A stretch of 64,000 nucleotides of DNA from Sulfurimonas sp. CG01_land_8_20_14_3_00_36_23 (GTDB taxonomy: Bacteria; Campylobacterota; Campylobacteria; Campylobacterales; Sulfurimonadaceae). Numbering within the stretch: the stretch's first letter is position 1; each line of letters starts with the position of its first letter. Under the pieces are notes generated by a model. The model searched no databases and was not told the origin of the DNA. It worked only from the letters and a program-made list of their open reading frames with translations. Both the position numbers and the translations under genes were made by a program. Location: positions 13,556-77,555 of the forward strand of contig PETN01000010.1 of assembly GCA_002781365.1 (NCBI GenBank). The letters are read 5' to 3'. Below are positions 53,272 through 63,998 of the stretch, piece by piece.

Positions 53272-55254
53272 ATGAAGAAGAAACCAGATTTTAAAGTAGT
53301 ATCACCTTATAAGCCAGCAGGTGATCAGCCTACAGCTATTAAAGCACTCACAGACTCTATACTCAAAGGGAATCGTTATCAAACACTTGAAGGTGTTACC
53401 GGTAGTGGTAAAACCCACACGATGGCACGTATTATAGAGAATGTAAAGATGCCTACCATCATTATGACTCATAACAAAACATTAGCCGCACAGCTCTACT
53501 CCGAATTTCGTCAGTTTTTTCCAAACAATCATGTTGAATATTTTGTGTCGTACTATGATTATTATCAGCCAGAAGCGTACATTCCTCGTCAAGATTTATT
53601 TATAGAAAAAGATAGTGCTATCAATGATGAACTTGAGCGTATGAGACTCTCTTCTACGGCAAATCTTCTCTCTTATGATGATGTTATCGTTATAGCTTCT
53701 GTCTCTGCGAACTATGGTTTGGGAGACCCTGAAGAGTATCTCAATATGGTTCAAGCGTTAGAAGTTGGAGATGAGATTAACCAAAAAACACTTTTACTTC
53801 GCCTTGTTGAGATGGGTTACTCTAGAAATGACAGTTATTTTGATAGTGGACATATTCGTGTAAATGGAGAGAGTTTAGATATTTACCCACCCTACTTCGA
53901 ACAAGAAGCTATTCGTATTGAGTTTTTTGGAGATGAGATTGAGGCTATTTACACCTTTGATACTATTGACAATAAACGACTTGAAGATCACAAAAAATTT
54001 ACCATCTATGCAACATCACAGTTTAGCGTATCTCAGGAAAAGATGAGTGTTGCGATTAAACGCATAGAAGAGGAGCTTGATGAAAGACTTGCTTACTTTA
54101 CAAGTCAAGGAAAACTTTTAGAGCATCAAAGACTCAAACAGAGAGTTGAGTTTGATTTAGAGATGCTTCAAACTACTGGCATGTGTAAAGGAGTTGAAAA
54201 CTACTCACGCTTACTTACAAACAAGAAAACAGGAGAAGCACCTTTTACCCTGCTCGATTATTTTGCACAAAACAACAAAGAGTATCTCGTTATAGTAGAT
54301 GAATCTCATGTTTCACTGCCGCAATATAGGGGAATGTATGCTGGTGATAGAGCGAGAAAAGAGGTTTTAGTGGAGTATGGGTTTAGACTGCCAAGTGCCC
54401 TAGACAACCGCCCACTCAAAGCAGATGAGTATATCAATAAAGCACCACACTATCTTTTTGTATCAGCAACTCCATCCGCGTACGAGCTTGAGATGTCAAG
54501 TGTAACTGCATCTCAAATCATCCGTCCAACTGGACTACTTGACCCTATCATAGAGATAAAATCATCAGATAACCAAGTTGAAGATATTCACGATGAGATT
54601 AAAAAAATAATTGTAAATGATGAGAGAGTTCTCATTACAGTTTTAACGAAAAAAATGGCTGAGGCCCTTACAAAGTATCTAGCCGACTTAGGTATAAAAG
54701 TTCAGTATATGCACTCAGATATTGACACTATTGAGAGAAATCAGATTATTCGCGCTTTACGAGTTGGTGAGTTTGATGTACTTATTGGAATCAATCTTCT
54801 TCGAGAGGGGTTAGATTTACCAGAAGTCAGCTTAGTTGCCATTTTAGATGCTGATAAAGAGGGGTTTTTAAGAAGTGAGACGGCTTTGGTACAAACAATC
54901 GGTCGAGGAGCTAGAAATTCAAAGGGTAGAGTTATTTTGTATGCAAACAAAATAACAGGTTCGATGCAAAGAGCGATAGATAAAACAACTGCAAGACGAG
55001 AGATTCAAGAAGCACATAATAAAGCGCATGGAATCACTCCAACTACAACAAAACGCTCTCTTGATGAAAATTTAAAACTAGAAGAGCATGGCGACCTCTA
55101 CCAAAAACATAAAAAAATGGATAAAATACCTGCAGCAGAAAAAAAAGCGATAACAAAAGAGCTTATGCTCAAGATGAAACAAGCGGCAAAAGAGTTAAAC
55201 TTTGAAGAAGCCGCTCGTCTTCGTGATGAAATAATGAAAATTAAACAACTTTAG
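53272..55254 (+). CDS. uvrB: Excinuclease ABC subunit B
   Basis: [43 protein letters not shown]. Start set at ATG 53272 because TTG 53254 overlaps the TATAAT box. Confidence 0.96.
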   Translation: MKKKPDFKVVSPYKPAGDQPTAIKALTDSILKGNRYQTLEGVTGSGKTHTMARIIENVKMPTIIMTHNKTLAAQLYSEFRQFFPNNHVEYFVSYYDYYQPEAYIPRQDLFIEKDSAINDELERMRLSSTANLLSYDDVIVIASVSANYGLGDPEEYLNMVQALEVGDEINQKTLLLRLVEMGYSRNDSYFDSGHIRVNGESLDIYPPYFEQEAIRIEFFGDEIEAIYTFDTIDNKRLEDHKKFTIYATSQFSVSQEKMSVAIKRIEEELDERLAYFTSQGKLLEHQRLKQRVEFDLEMLQTTGMCKGVENYSRLLTNKKTGEAPFTLLDYFAQNNKEYLVIVDESHVSLPQYRGMYAGDRARKEVLVEYGFRLPSALDNRPLKADEYINKAPHYLFVSATPSAYELEMSSVTASQIIRPTGLLDPIIEIKSSDNQVEDIHDEIKKIIVNDERVLITVLTKKMAEALTKYLADLGIKVQYMHSDIDTIERNQIIRALRVGEFDVLIGINLLREGLDLPEVSLVAILDADKEGFLRSETALVQTIGRGARNSKGRVILYANKITGSMQRAIDKTTARREIQEAHNKAHGITPTTTKRSLDENLKLEEHGDLYQKHKKMDKIPAAEKKAITKELMLKMKQAAKELNFEEAARLRDEIMKIKQL

Positions 55255-55261
55255 GATATAC

Positions 55262-55831
55262 ATGGAAGAAACATTTAGTAATTTAGCTACTTATGGGTAT
55301 ATAGGGCTTTTCCTTTATTCACTTGGCGGTGGTTTTGTGGCACTGATAGGTGCAGGGGTCTTATCTTTTATGGGAAAAATGGATTTGTCACTCTCAATAA
55401 TGATAGCTTTTTTTGCAAATGCCTTAGGTGATGTTTTACTTTTTTATATGGCAAGATATCAAAAAAGTATGATGATGGAGGGGCTGAGAAAACACAGAAG
55501 AAAACTTGCACTTTCTCACCTCTTAATGAAAAGATATGGTTCATGGATTATCTTATTTCAAAAATTTGTTTACGGGATAAAAACACTGATTCCAATTGCT
55601 ATTGGTCTTACAAAATATGACTTTAAAAAATTTATAATATTAAATATTCTAAGTGCAGCTGTTTGGGCTTTAACATTTGGGCTTGGAAGTTACTATTCTG
55701 GAAGTTTTTTAGTAAAAGTTGCGGAAACCATAGGGGATAAACCTTGGATAGCACCTATTATTTTGTTTGTTTTTGGTGGACTTTTGTGGCTCTATCTCAC
55801 TCAAGCTACAAAGAGAAAAAAAAGAGTTTAG
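55262..55831 (+). CDS. DedA family membrane protein
   Basis: GD..LF..ARY, KRYG...FQKFVYGIKTLIP..IG. Confidence 0.85.
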   Translation: MEETFSNLATYGYIGLFLYSLGGGFVALIGAGVLSFMGKMDLSLSIMIAFFANALGDVLLFYMARYQKSMMMEGLRKHRRKLALSHLLMKRYGSWIILFQKFVYGIKTLIPIAIGLTKYDFKKFIILNILSAAVWALTFGLGSYYSGSFLVKVAETIGDKPWIAPIILFVFGGLLWLYLTQATKRKKRV

Positions 55832-55834
55832 TTT

Positions 55835-55862
55835 TTCCACATGCTAAAACAGAAAGTTTTAG
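55835..55862. terminator. Variant motif copy plus short hairpin between convergent dedA and pckA
   Basis: TTCCACATGCTAA 55835-55847 overlapping CTAAAAC-AGAAA-GTTTTAG 55844-55862. Confidence 0.5.
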
Positions 55863-57449
55863 TTAACTTTCTATTTTAGGGCCTGCAGCCGAATAATCAA
55901 ATTCACTGTCTGCGGTTTGATATTTTTTGAAATTATCTATAAACATCTGAGCCAATTTATCTCTCGCTTTATCAAATTCATTTACATCACTCCATGCTTC
56001 TCTTGGGGAAAGCACTTTAGGATTAATATCACCAAGAGTTGTCGGAACATTTAATCTAAATGTTGTTGTCGTGATAAATTCACTCTCATTGATTGAACCA
56101 TCTAAGACTGCGTTTATACAAGCTCTTGTATCTTTAATACTCATACGCTTTCCAATACCATATGGACCACCTGCCCAACCAGTATTTACAAGATACACAT
56201 TGACACCATGCTTATCTATTTTATCTCCTAAAAGCTTTGCATAGACAGTAGGATGAAGAGGTAAGAAAGCTTCTCCAAAACATGAACTAAATGTTGCAAC
56301 TGGCTCAGTAATACCACGCTCTGTTCCTGCAACCTTTGCAGTATATCCACTTAAAAAATAGTACATTGCTTGTTCTTTTGTAAGCTTTGAGACGGGAGGG
56401 AGGACACCAAAAGCATCCGCAGTTAAGAAAATTATATTTTTAGGATGTCCTGCACTTAAAGATTCTTTGTGATTTTCAATATGTTCAATTGGGTAAGAAG
56501 CACGTGTATTTTCTGTTTTTGAACCATCTTCATAATCAACTTCGCCTTCTCCATACATCACAACATTTTCTAAAAGAGCACCAGCTCTAATAGCATTGTA
56601 TATTTCAGGTTCACTTTTTTCATCAAGATTGATAACTTTAGCATAACATCCACCTTCAAAATTGAAGACACCATGATTATCCCAACCATGCTCATCATCC
56701 CCGATTAAAGCACGATGTGGATCTGTTGAAAGTGTCGTTTTACCTGTCCCACTTAAACCAAAGAAGAGCGCTGTATCTCCATCTTTACCAACATTTGCAG
56801 AACAGTGCATTGCAAGTTTACCCTCGAGTGGCAACCAGTAGTTCATCATTGAAAAAATTCCTTTTTTCATCTCTCCACCGTACCACGTTCCACCAATAAT
56901 TGCGATATTGTTTTCAACATCAAATAGAACAAACACTTCAGAGTTCATTCCATGTTCTTCCCACTTTTCATTCACTGCTTTACATGCATTTAAAACTGTA
57001 AAATCTGAGTTAAACACTTCTAGTTCTGATTCAGTAGGACGGATAAACATATTTTTCACAAAGTGTGATTGCCATGCTATTTCGGAGATAAAACGGATAG
57101 ATTTTTTTGAAGCTGCACTTGCACCACAGAAAACGTCTGTTATGTACAAATCTTTGTTTGAGAGTTGTTCTTGCGCGACAGCTAAAAGTTCTGCAAAAAC
57201 TTCTGCACTAATTTTCTTGTTTACATCACCCCATGCTATATATTTATTTGAAGGGTCTGCATTAACAAAATATTTATCTTTTGGACTACGACCAGTAAAG
57301 ATACCAGTATCAACAGCGGTTGCGCCTTTTTTTGTAAGCGTACACTCACCATTTTCCAGTTCATGTTTGATTAGTTCATCATAACTTAGATTATGATAAA
57401 CCTTTCCAACATTTTTTATGCCTATATCTTCTAACTCAGTCAAATTCAT
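55863..57449 (-). CDS. pckA: Phosphoenolpyruvate carboxykinase (ATP)
   Basis: [39 protein letters not shown]. Confidence 0.97.
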   Translation of the reverse strand: MNLTELEDIGIKNVGKVYHNLSYDELIKHELENGECTLTKKGATAVDTGIFTGRSPKDKYFVNADPSNKYIAWGDVNKKISAEVFAELLAVAQEQLSNKDLYITDVFCGASAASKKSIRFISEIAWQSHFVKNMFIRPTESELEVFNSDFTVLNACKAVNEKWEEHGMNSEVFVLFDVENNIAIIGGTWYGGEMKKGIFSMMNYWLPLEGKLAMHCSANVGKDGDTALFFGLSGTGKTTLSTDPHRALIGDDEHGWDNHGVFNFEGGCYAKVINLDEKSEPEIYNAIRAGALLENVVMYGEGEVDYEDGSKTENTRASYPIEHIENHKESLSAGHPKNIIFLTADAFGVLPPVSKLTKEQAMYYFLSGYTAKVAGTERGITEPVATFSSCFGEAFLPLHPTVYAKLLGDKIDKHGVNVYLVNTGWAGGPYGIGKRMSIKDTRACINAVLDGSINESEFITTTTFRLNVPTTLGDINPKVLSPREAWSDVNEFDKARDKLAQMFIDNFKKYQTADSEFDYSAAGPKIES

Positions 57450-57633
57450 ATTGTACCTTCTAGTATTTTAAAATGTAAAAACATACATTTTTGATAGCTA
57501 GAATTATACACTGAGTAAACATAAAATACATATAAATATTTTGGAGTTTTTCTAAGTTTTAGCAATAAAATTACTTTAAGTATTTTTGGATAAAATCCCA
57601 TTCTGTATTTGGATATAACATGAAATATAGTAA

Positions 57634-57708
57634 GCTCGATTAACTCAGCGGTAGAGTGCCTCCATGACATGGAGGTGGTCACTAGTTCGAATCTAGTATC
57701 GAGCACCA
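57634..57708 (+). tRNA. tRNA-Val (GAC)
   Basis: Acceptor GCTCGAT/ATCGAGC, D-stem ACTC/GAGT, anticodon stem CCTCC/GGAGG with loop ATGACAT, T-arm ACTAG-TTCGAAT-CTAGT, encoded ACCA; promoter TAAAAT at 57591. Confidence 0.93.
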
Positions 57709-57770
57709 CCAAAAAAAAGCTTCCCCTTTAAACCTATTTGTACAACCGTAGACTCCCTATTTCATACGCT

Positions 57771-58352
57771 TTAGTCCATTTGATATTTAAAAATTATACT
57801 TGCATAGCCGTTTATAAGAGTGCCTAATTTATAAGTATTTGCATTAGTAATTACTTCAGAATTGATATTCATAAGTCTAGCACCCAATTCTAAATCTACT
57901 GTATCACCAAGATGGATATTGAGTCCAGCATCTGCACCCACATATTGATTGTAAGCTTGTACACTCTCACTACTTGCTCCTACAAACTTCAAATCTAAAA
58001 CACCAGCATTTACTCCAAGAAAAAAGTTTGCATACTGACTTACATTGAACAGATATTGTATCTCTGCGCCATATGAACGCATATAATCAAAGTCAGTAGC
58101 ATAAAACATACGTGTGCTCAAAAAAATTCTATACTCTTCTGTTTCGGCTCCGATTTTGACACCACCATAATTCATAGTTACTTTTTCTTGAACAACAGTA
58201 GAAGGTCCTGACTCATAGTCAAAAGTACTTTGTCCACCTTCAAATCCAACTAATGAATTTGTCTTAATTTCAAATTCATCCATCTCCGCTAAAAGAGGTG
58301 TAGCCATTAAAGCAGTTGCAATTATCATGTTTTTAAATATATTTTTTATCAT
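57771..58352 (-). CDS. Outer-membrane beta-barrel family protein
   Basis: Signal peptide, alternating amphipathic strands, aromatic C-terminal strand. Confidence 0.7.
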   Translation of the reverse strand: MIKNIFKNMIIATALMATPLLAEMDEFEIKTNSLVGFEGGQSTFDYESGPSTVVQEKVTMNYGGVKIGAETEEYRIFLSTRMFYATDFDYMRSYGAEIQYLFNVSQYANFFLGVNAGVLDLKFVGASSESVQAYNQYVGADAGLNIHLGDTVDLELGARLMNINSEVITNANTYKLGTLINGYASIIFKYQMD

Positions 58353-58498
58353 CTGTTTTCCTTATTTTTCACTTAAGTAAATTACTTTTCTTCTTGGTAC
58401 TCATTATACCTTGTAACTTTTAAAGCATAGATTAAACTTCAATTTATCTATATCGGTTTTCTGAGCTAAATGCTTAACCAATTCTAGCAAGCCTACGC

Positions 58499-59668
58499 TT
58501 ATCTTTTATTGATTGCTAAGGCAGAGTTTACCCCACTACTAAAAGCCCATTGAAAATTATAACCGCCGAGTTCACCAGTAATATCTACCACTTCACCGAT
58601 GCAGTATAAATTTTCCACATGCCGTGATTCTAATGTTTTTGGATTTAGATTTTCAGTTAAAATACCACCACGGCTCACCTCTGCTTTAGTAAAACCAAAA
58701 TTTCCTGCCGGTGCAAATTCATAATTGTGAATCCTTTCGAGTTGTTTTTTGGCATGCCTGCCCTCTTTGGTTGAGGGTTGATTGAGTCTCTTGCATGCTA
58801 CATCCTCTATATCTAGCGCTATTAAAATTTCTTTTGATAGCCTTTTTGCAAGTGGTATCACAGAACTGAGTAGTTTATTGCTTCCTTTAATGAGTTCAAA
58901 TATATTCTCATTTGGCAAAAAGTCTATACTTATATTTCCTTTTTTCCAATAAAGTGAAGCGGACAAAACCGCAGGTCCACTGATACCACGATGTGCAAAA
59001 AGCATCTCCTCTTTTAAAACTTTATCTTCTACTTTGATATGTACATAAGCACTCAGTCCACTTAAACTTTTCATCCAAAACTGCTCTTTTTGGAGTGTCA
59101 TTCCGACAAGAGCTGGAGTAAACTCTTTTACACTAAGTCCAAAGCTTTTTGCTATCTCTAAGCCTATTTCACTTGCACCGAGAGTTTTATAACTTTTTCC
59201 ACCAGTTGCTAAAACAAGTTTTTTTGATTTCAAAACACCGTTTGAAGTTTTTATTTCAAAAATATCATTCGCTTTATGTACCTCTAAAATCTCTCTATTT
59301 AAAAGCATTTCCACATGCCGAGAATTTCTTTTAAGAACATCTATCATCTCGTCTGAACTCTCTTTACAAAAGTAGTAACGATTTTTTCTGATTACAGGTT
59401 TTACTCCGTTATTATGTAAAAAGTGTAGTAAATCATCTTTGGAAAAAGTCTGAAGAGAGTGAGAAATAAACTCTGCATCTCCGTCATAGTTATCTACACT
59501 TACGTTTACATTGGTAATATTACATTTTCCACCACCTGAAATTTTTAATTTACAGGCAACTTTAGAGTTAACATCCACAGCTCCAACTTTATATTTTTTA
59601 TCTAAATAAGCAGCGCACATGAGCCCGCTTGCCCCAGCACCGAGAATAATTACATCATATATTTTCAT
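58499..59668 (-). CDS. HI0933/BaiN-family flavoprotein (second paralogue)
   Basis: ILGAGASG, KLKISGGGKCNITN, FAHRGISGP, GEVVDITGELGGYNFQWA. Confidence 0.9.
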   Translation of the reverse strand: MKIYDVIILGAGASGLMCAAYLDKKYKVGAVDVNSKVACKLKISGGGKCNITNVNVSVDNYDGDAEFISHSLQTFSKDDLLHFLHNNGVKPVIRKNRYYFCKESSDEMIDVLKRNSRHVEMLLNREILEVHKANDIFEIKTSNGVLKSKKLVLATGGKSYKTLGASEIGLEIAKSFGLSVKEFTPALVGMTLQKEQFWMKSLSGLSAYVHIKVEDKVLKEEMLFAHRGISGPAVLSASLYWKKGNISIDFLPNENIFELIKGSNKLLSSVIPLAKRLSKEILIALDIEDVACKRLNQPSTKEGRHAKKQLERIHNYEFAPAGNFGFTKAEVSRGGILTENLNPKTLESRHVENLYCIGEVVDITGELGGYNFQWAFSSGVNSALAINKR

Positions 59669-59719
59669 CTTCACATTATACGATATAATACGAAAATAAT
59701 TTAATATAAAAGTAGCAAT

Positions 59720-61033
59720 ATGAGCAATAAACTACACATAGTCTCTCTAGGCTGTACGAAAAATCTTGTAGATACCGAAGTAATGATGGGAAAACTCCAA
59801 AATTTCGAACTAACTGATAACTCAGGAGAAGCGGATGTCATCATAGTCAATACTTGTGGATTTATAGATGCGGCTAAAGCAGAATCTGTAAACACGGTAC
59901 TTAATTTACACGAAGGACGCAAAGAAGATTCAGTTTTAGTTATGGCTGGTTGTTTAAGTGAAAGATATAAAGAAGACCTTATGGCTGATATGCCAGAAGT
60001 TGATATATTTACTGGGGTTGGTGACTATGACAGAATTGATGACCTTTTATCTGAAAAAAAGAGCAGATTTTCTGAGAAAGTTTTTTTGATAGATGGAGCG
60101 GAGAGAGTTGTTACTGGTTCCACCTATCATGCCTATGTAAAACTCTCTGAGGGTTGTAACCAAACATGTAGTTTTTGTGCGATTCCATCTTTTAAAGGGA
60201 AGCTCAACTCTAGAAACTTAGACTCAATTGCCAAAGAAGTGGAAGGTTTGGTCGCTAAAGGCTATTATGACTTCTCTTTTGTTTCACAAGATAGCAGTTC
60301 TTACCTTCGTGATCAAAATATTAAAGATGGGCTAAGTCTTCTTATTCAAAGGATTGAACTTATTGAGGGTGTAAAAAGTGCAAGGATTCTTTATCTTTAC
60401 CCTTCTACTACAACGATACAATTACTAAAAAATATAGCTAAAAGTGAAATTTTTCATAACTATTTCGATATGCCGATTCAGCATATTAATGATGAGATGC
60501 TCCATATGATGAGAAGAGGTTTCGGCAAAGATAAAACGCTTGAACTTCTCAACTTTATGCGCTCTTTGCCTAACTCTTTTGTCCGTACAAGTTTTATCGT
60601 TGGTCATCCAAATGAAACAGAGGAGATGTTTGAGGAGATGTGTGAATTTGCTTCAAGTTTTGGGTTTGACAGAATCAATGTTTTCTCCTATTCAGATGAA
60701 GAAACAACTCCAGCCTACGACATGAGCAATAAAATATCGGCAGAACTTATTGCAAGCAGAGCAGAAATCCTTGGAGAGATAGCTTCAGAGTGCACTGAGC
60801 TCTCTCTACGCAAAGAGGTTGGTCAAGATATTGAACTTGTTATTGATGGGGAGAGTGAGGAGCATGAGTATCTTTTAAGTGCGAGAAAACTTCTCTGGGC
60901 ACCTGAAATTGATGGTGAAATTTATGTAAATGACAGAACAAAAGAAGAGGAACTCGATTTTGGAGTTATTTACAGAGCAAAAGTAACCGATCTGATTGGC
61001 AATATTTTAACTGCCACAGTAGACAATGCTTGA
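59720..61033 (+). CDS. rimO: Ribosomal protein S12 methylthiotransferase
   Basis: SLGCTKNLVDTE, NTCGFI, EGCNQTCSFCAIP, APEIDG. Confidence 0.95.
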   Translation: MSNKLHIVSLGCTKNLVDTEVMMGKLQNFELTDNSGEADVIIVNTCGFIDAAKAESVNTVLNLHEGRKEDSVLVMAGCLSERYKEDLMADMPEVDIFTGVGDYDRIDDLLSEKKSRFSEKVFLIDGAERVVTGSTYHAYVKLSEGCNQTCSFCAIPSFKGKLNSRNLDSIAKEVEGLVAKGYYDFSFVSQDSSSYLRDQNIKDGLSLLIQRIELIEGVKSARILYLYPSTTTIQLLKNIAKSEIFHNYFDMPIQHINDEMLHMMRRGFGKDKTLELLNFMRSLPNSFVRTSFIVGHPNETEEMFEEMCEFASSFGFDRINVFSYSDEETTPAYDMSNKISAELIASRAEILGEIASECTELSLRKEVGQDIELVIDGESEEHEYLLSARKLLWAPEIDGEIYVNDRTKEEELDFGVIYRAKVTDLIGNILTATVDNA

Positions 61034-62027
61034 AAATTCATCTCTAGAAATTCTAAAAAATAAGAAAAACCTCCTAGCCTTTTCAGCGGGAGTAGATTCA
61101 ACTGCTCTCTTCTTTTTACTTCTACAGAACAACATTCCATTTGATATTGCAATAGTCAATTACAATGTCAGAGAGCAGAGTCAAGAAGAGCTGCAATACG
61201 CGCATGAGTTAGCAAGCACGCACAACCTTAAAATTCACTCTTTGAATGCCCCAAAAATAGATAAAAACTTTGAAGCAAAAGCCAGAGAAATCAGATACAA
61301 CTTTTTTGAAGAACTTATTAAGAATCATGGCTATGAGAACTTAATTACTGCACACCATCTTGGGGATAGGTTCGAGTGGATGCTTATGCAATTTTGTAAA
61401 GGTGCTGGCTGTGCTGAGATTGCAGGTATGCAAAGAGTGCAACACAGAGACTCCTACACACTCGTGCGCCCACTACTGAAGTTAGACAAAAAAGAGTTAT
61501 TCGCCTATTTAGATGCGAACAAGATTAAATATTTTGAAGATGAGAGTAATCTTGATGAGGATATAAAAAGAAACTCTTTTCGTCACAGTTATGCTTCTCC
61601 ACTTTTAGAGAAATACCTAGCGGGAATCAAAAAGAGTTTTGACTATTTAGATGAAGATAGAGCCTCTTTAATTCAAGAAGCAGAGATAAACAATATAGAT
61701 GCGTTTGCGTACTTCAAAATGCAACACAATAGAAGATCTGACATTTTTATAATAGACAAATATTTAAAATCAAAATCTTATATGCTAAGTGCAAGTGAAA
61801 GAGAACTGCTTAAAACAGTAAATGTTGCGGTTGTTGGGAGAAAGTTTGTAATCAATATAGAGAGATGTTTTGTATTTATTCTTCCCTATCTACAAAAGAG
61901 TTTCCACATGCCAAAAGAGTTTAAAGAGGAGTGCAGAGTATTAAAGATAGAACCAAAACTACGACTCTACCTCTACAAGAATCCAGAGGCTTTTTTAAAG
62001 ATAAAAGAGCTACTTCGTACTATTTGA
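61026..62027 (+). CDS. tilS: tRNA(Ile)-lysidine synthetase
   Basis: AFSAGVDS, AREIRY, TAHHLGD, RPLL, FEDESN..RNSFR. Confidence 0.93.
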   Translation: MLENSSLEILKNKKNLLAFSAGVDSTALFFLLLQNNIPFDIAIVNYNVREQSQEELQYAHELASTHNLKIHSLNAPKIDKNFEAKAREIRYNFFEELIKNHGYENLITAHHLGDRFEWMLMQFCKGAGCAEIAGMQRVQHRDSYTLVRPLLKLDKKELFAYLDANKIKYFEDESNLDEDIKRNSFRHSYASPLLEKYLAGIKKSFDYLDEDRASLIQEAEINNIDAFAYFKMQHNRRSDIFIIDKYLKSKSYMLSASERELLKTVNVAVVGRKFVINIERCFVFILPYLQKSFHMPKEFKEECRVLKIEPKLRLYLYKNPEAFLKIKELLRTI

Positions 62028-62552
62028 GTCTCTGTTTGCGCAGTAAACTTTCATCGTAAAACTAGAACGAATTGTTTGTGCTTCTCTTTTAAAATGTATC
62101 GGAAAATTTACACCAATTATCCAATCACTTTTGTTGATTGCATCCAAGAAATCATAAAAACTTTTTGGTGAATTAATCTGTGAACTCGTTTCAACTTCAT
62201 AAACCAAAAACTCCTCTTCTTTATCTTTAGAATCTTTAATCTGCGCAAGAGAGAGTGAATCAAAGTAAACTTTATGTTGTTTTTCAAATCTTTGAGCATT
62301 AAATGTGTTATCAAAAGAGGTAATAATATGCCTATGATCACTTTGAAGTTTTTTCAAAATTTCCAAAGTCTCATCATGGAAGTTTTGATATTTTTTTAGC
62401 TCAAAGTTATCATTTCTTAATTCTAGTTTTTGTTCTCTGTACTCTTTCCCTTTAGGTATCAAAACTAAAAATGAAAATAGAAGAACAAAAATAAGTAAAA
62501 GTGTTGATAATATCAGTAAATATATATTTTGACGAGCAATATTAATCTTCAT
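62010..62552 (-). CDS. PilO/GspM-like bitopic membrane protein
   Basis: N-terminal TM, coiled coil, ferredoxin-like C-terminus (FYDFLDAIN..II.V); third gene of a coupled trio. Confidence 0.55.
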   Translation of the reverse strand: MKINIARQNIYLLILSTLLLIFVLLFSFLVLIPKGKEYREQKLELRNDNFELKKYQNFHDETLEILKKLQSDHRHIITSFDNTFNAQRFEKQHKVYFDSLSLAQIKDSKDKEEEFLVYEVETSSQINSPKSFYDFLDAINKSDWIIGVNFPIHFKREAQTIRSSFTMKVYCANRDSNSTK

Positions 62553-63117
62553 TACTTGTCTCCTCAATATTCTTGTTTTGCTTAGCATCCGCATCATTAT
62601 AGGTACTCAATCCATCATCTTCGATATAGTTCGTGGAAACAAACCTAAGCCATCCATTTTTATCAGGGTAAAAGCTACTATAGCTCTTATGAAAGATAGA
62701 ACGAAGAGGGGCTTGGAGCATAAAGTTATATACATCCTCGTTTGGAGTGATACCATGAAGTATCAAGCCATTTTCAAGCAATGAAGCTTCTGACAAAGTT
62801 ATTCTTTGTGGAACCAAATCAAATAGATTCGCGATAGAATCTTTTAGAACAATATTTTGCGTATAAATTCTCTCAGAGAGTAGTGCTTCTTTCTCTATAA
62901 AAGTAATTTGTGTATTCATGGAAGATTGTGAGATACTTAAATTTTCTCGCTCTTGATATATCTCTGCTTTATCTTGCGCAAATCTATACTCTTTAAAAAG
63001 TAAAAAAGCATATGTCAACAATAACATACAGAGTGTGATTCCAAAAAAGATAAAGAGTAGCTGTAACTCAGGAGTGATAATACTCTTTTTTCTGGCTTTA
63101 GTATAACTGTATTTCAT
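62542..63117 (-). CDS. PilN-like bitopic membrane protein
   Basis: Basic N-terminus, TM, coiled coil, ITLSEASLLENGLILHG; ATGA overlap with the upstream stop. Confidence 0.55.
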   Translation of the reverse strand: MKYSYTKARKKSIITPELQLLFIFFGITLCMLLLTYAFLLFKEYRFAQDKAEIYQERENLSISQSSMNTQITFIEKEALLSERIYTQNIVLKDSIANLFDLVPQRITLSEASLLENGLILHGITPNEDVYNFMLQAPLRSIFHKSYSSFYPDKNGWLRFVSTNYIEDDGLSTYNDADAKQNKNIEETSNED

Positions 63118-63998
63118 TCTAACTCCGCCTTTGCTAAAGCACAAACTTCACTAGGTAAATCAATTCGACGAACAAAAACATTCAAGAACATCTCATCTTC
63201 TAAATATCTCTTCAAGTCACTACTTACACCAACACCATCCGCTATAAAGACGGATTCAATAAATTTGCTTTGAAATTTATCATCTTTGTAAAAACGATTT
63301 ACAGAACTTTTAATGAGTGAAAACCTTTGATAATCTTCATTAAATCCTTCCGAATCATTTCCTGAATACTCATTATCATCTTTTATATAGTCCTCTTCAT
63401 CTTCCTCTTTTATATCAGAGAAATCATCCATATCATCAAATGAGTCTAAGTCTTCTATATCTCCAAAATCATCTAACTCACCTATATCAGCATCATCTTC
63501 AATATTAATATCATCTAGATTTACACTTGACTCTAAGTCAAAATCTTGCATTGAATCATCATCCATTGAAAGGTCATCTTTATCTTTAGCGTGATTCAAA
63601 TCTAAATGCTCGCTAAAGAGTAACTCAGAGTGATCAAAAACACTTAGACTAATAAAGCTCTCTTCAATCAATAAATACATCGACATATGCGTATCAATTT
63701 TATCTTTGAAAAATCTAGCTAAAAGCACAAAAGGGGAAAATACAAAGTCAAGCCCTATTCGTCCATATACTTTTTGTAAGGTGTGCAAATCTATACTTGA
63801 AGTATAGTACGTCCATCTATCCGCATAACAGAGATGTTTTGAAGAGCTGACATCAAAAAAATCTACTATCTCTCGACTTTTGCATGTTGCTACCGCACCT
63901 TGTGCAAGAGAAGTATCTAAGATTGATATATAAAAGTAAGGGGATTCATTGACATAGGTATGTATAAAATTATACATTTTTGCATTTATTGTAGTGGT
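63114..63998 (-). CDS. PilM-like cytoplasmic protein with acidic insert (5' truncated by window)
   Basis: Frame is open to the window edge; C-terminal IESVFIADG.G..DLKRYL resembles the PilM/FtsA tail. Confidence 0.5.
   Translation of the reverse strand, partial: TTTINAKMYNFIHTYVNESPYFYISILDTSLAQGAVATCKSREIVDFFDVSSSKHLCYADRWTYYTSSIDLHTLQKVYGRIGLDFVFSPFVLLARFFKDKIDTHMSMYLLIEESFISLSVFDHSELLFSEHLDLNHAKDKDDLSMDDDSMQDFDLESSVNLDDINIEDDADIGELDDFGDIEDLDSFDDMDDFSDIKEEDEEDYIKDDNEYSGNDSEGFNEDYQRFSLIKSSVNRFYKDDKFQSKFIESVFIADGVGVSSDLKRYLEDEMFLNVFVRRIDLPSEVCALAKAELE

Noticed and set aside
57446-57712. 88-aa minus-strand ORF
   Set aside because: Antisense shadow of the tRNA-Val gene
57709-58352. Island integrated at tRNA-Val
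   Set aside because: No integrase and no duplicated tRNA 3' end seen in the window
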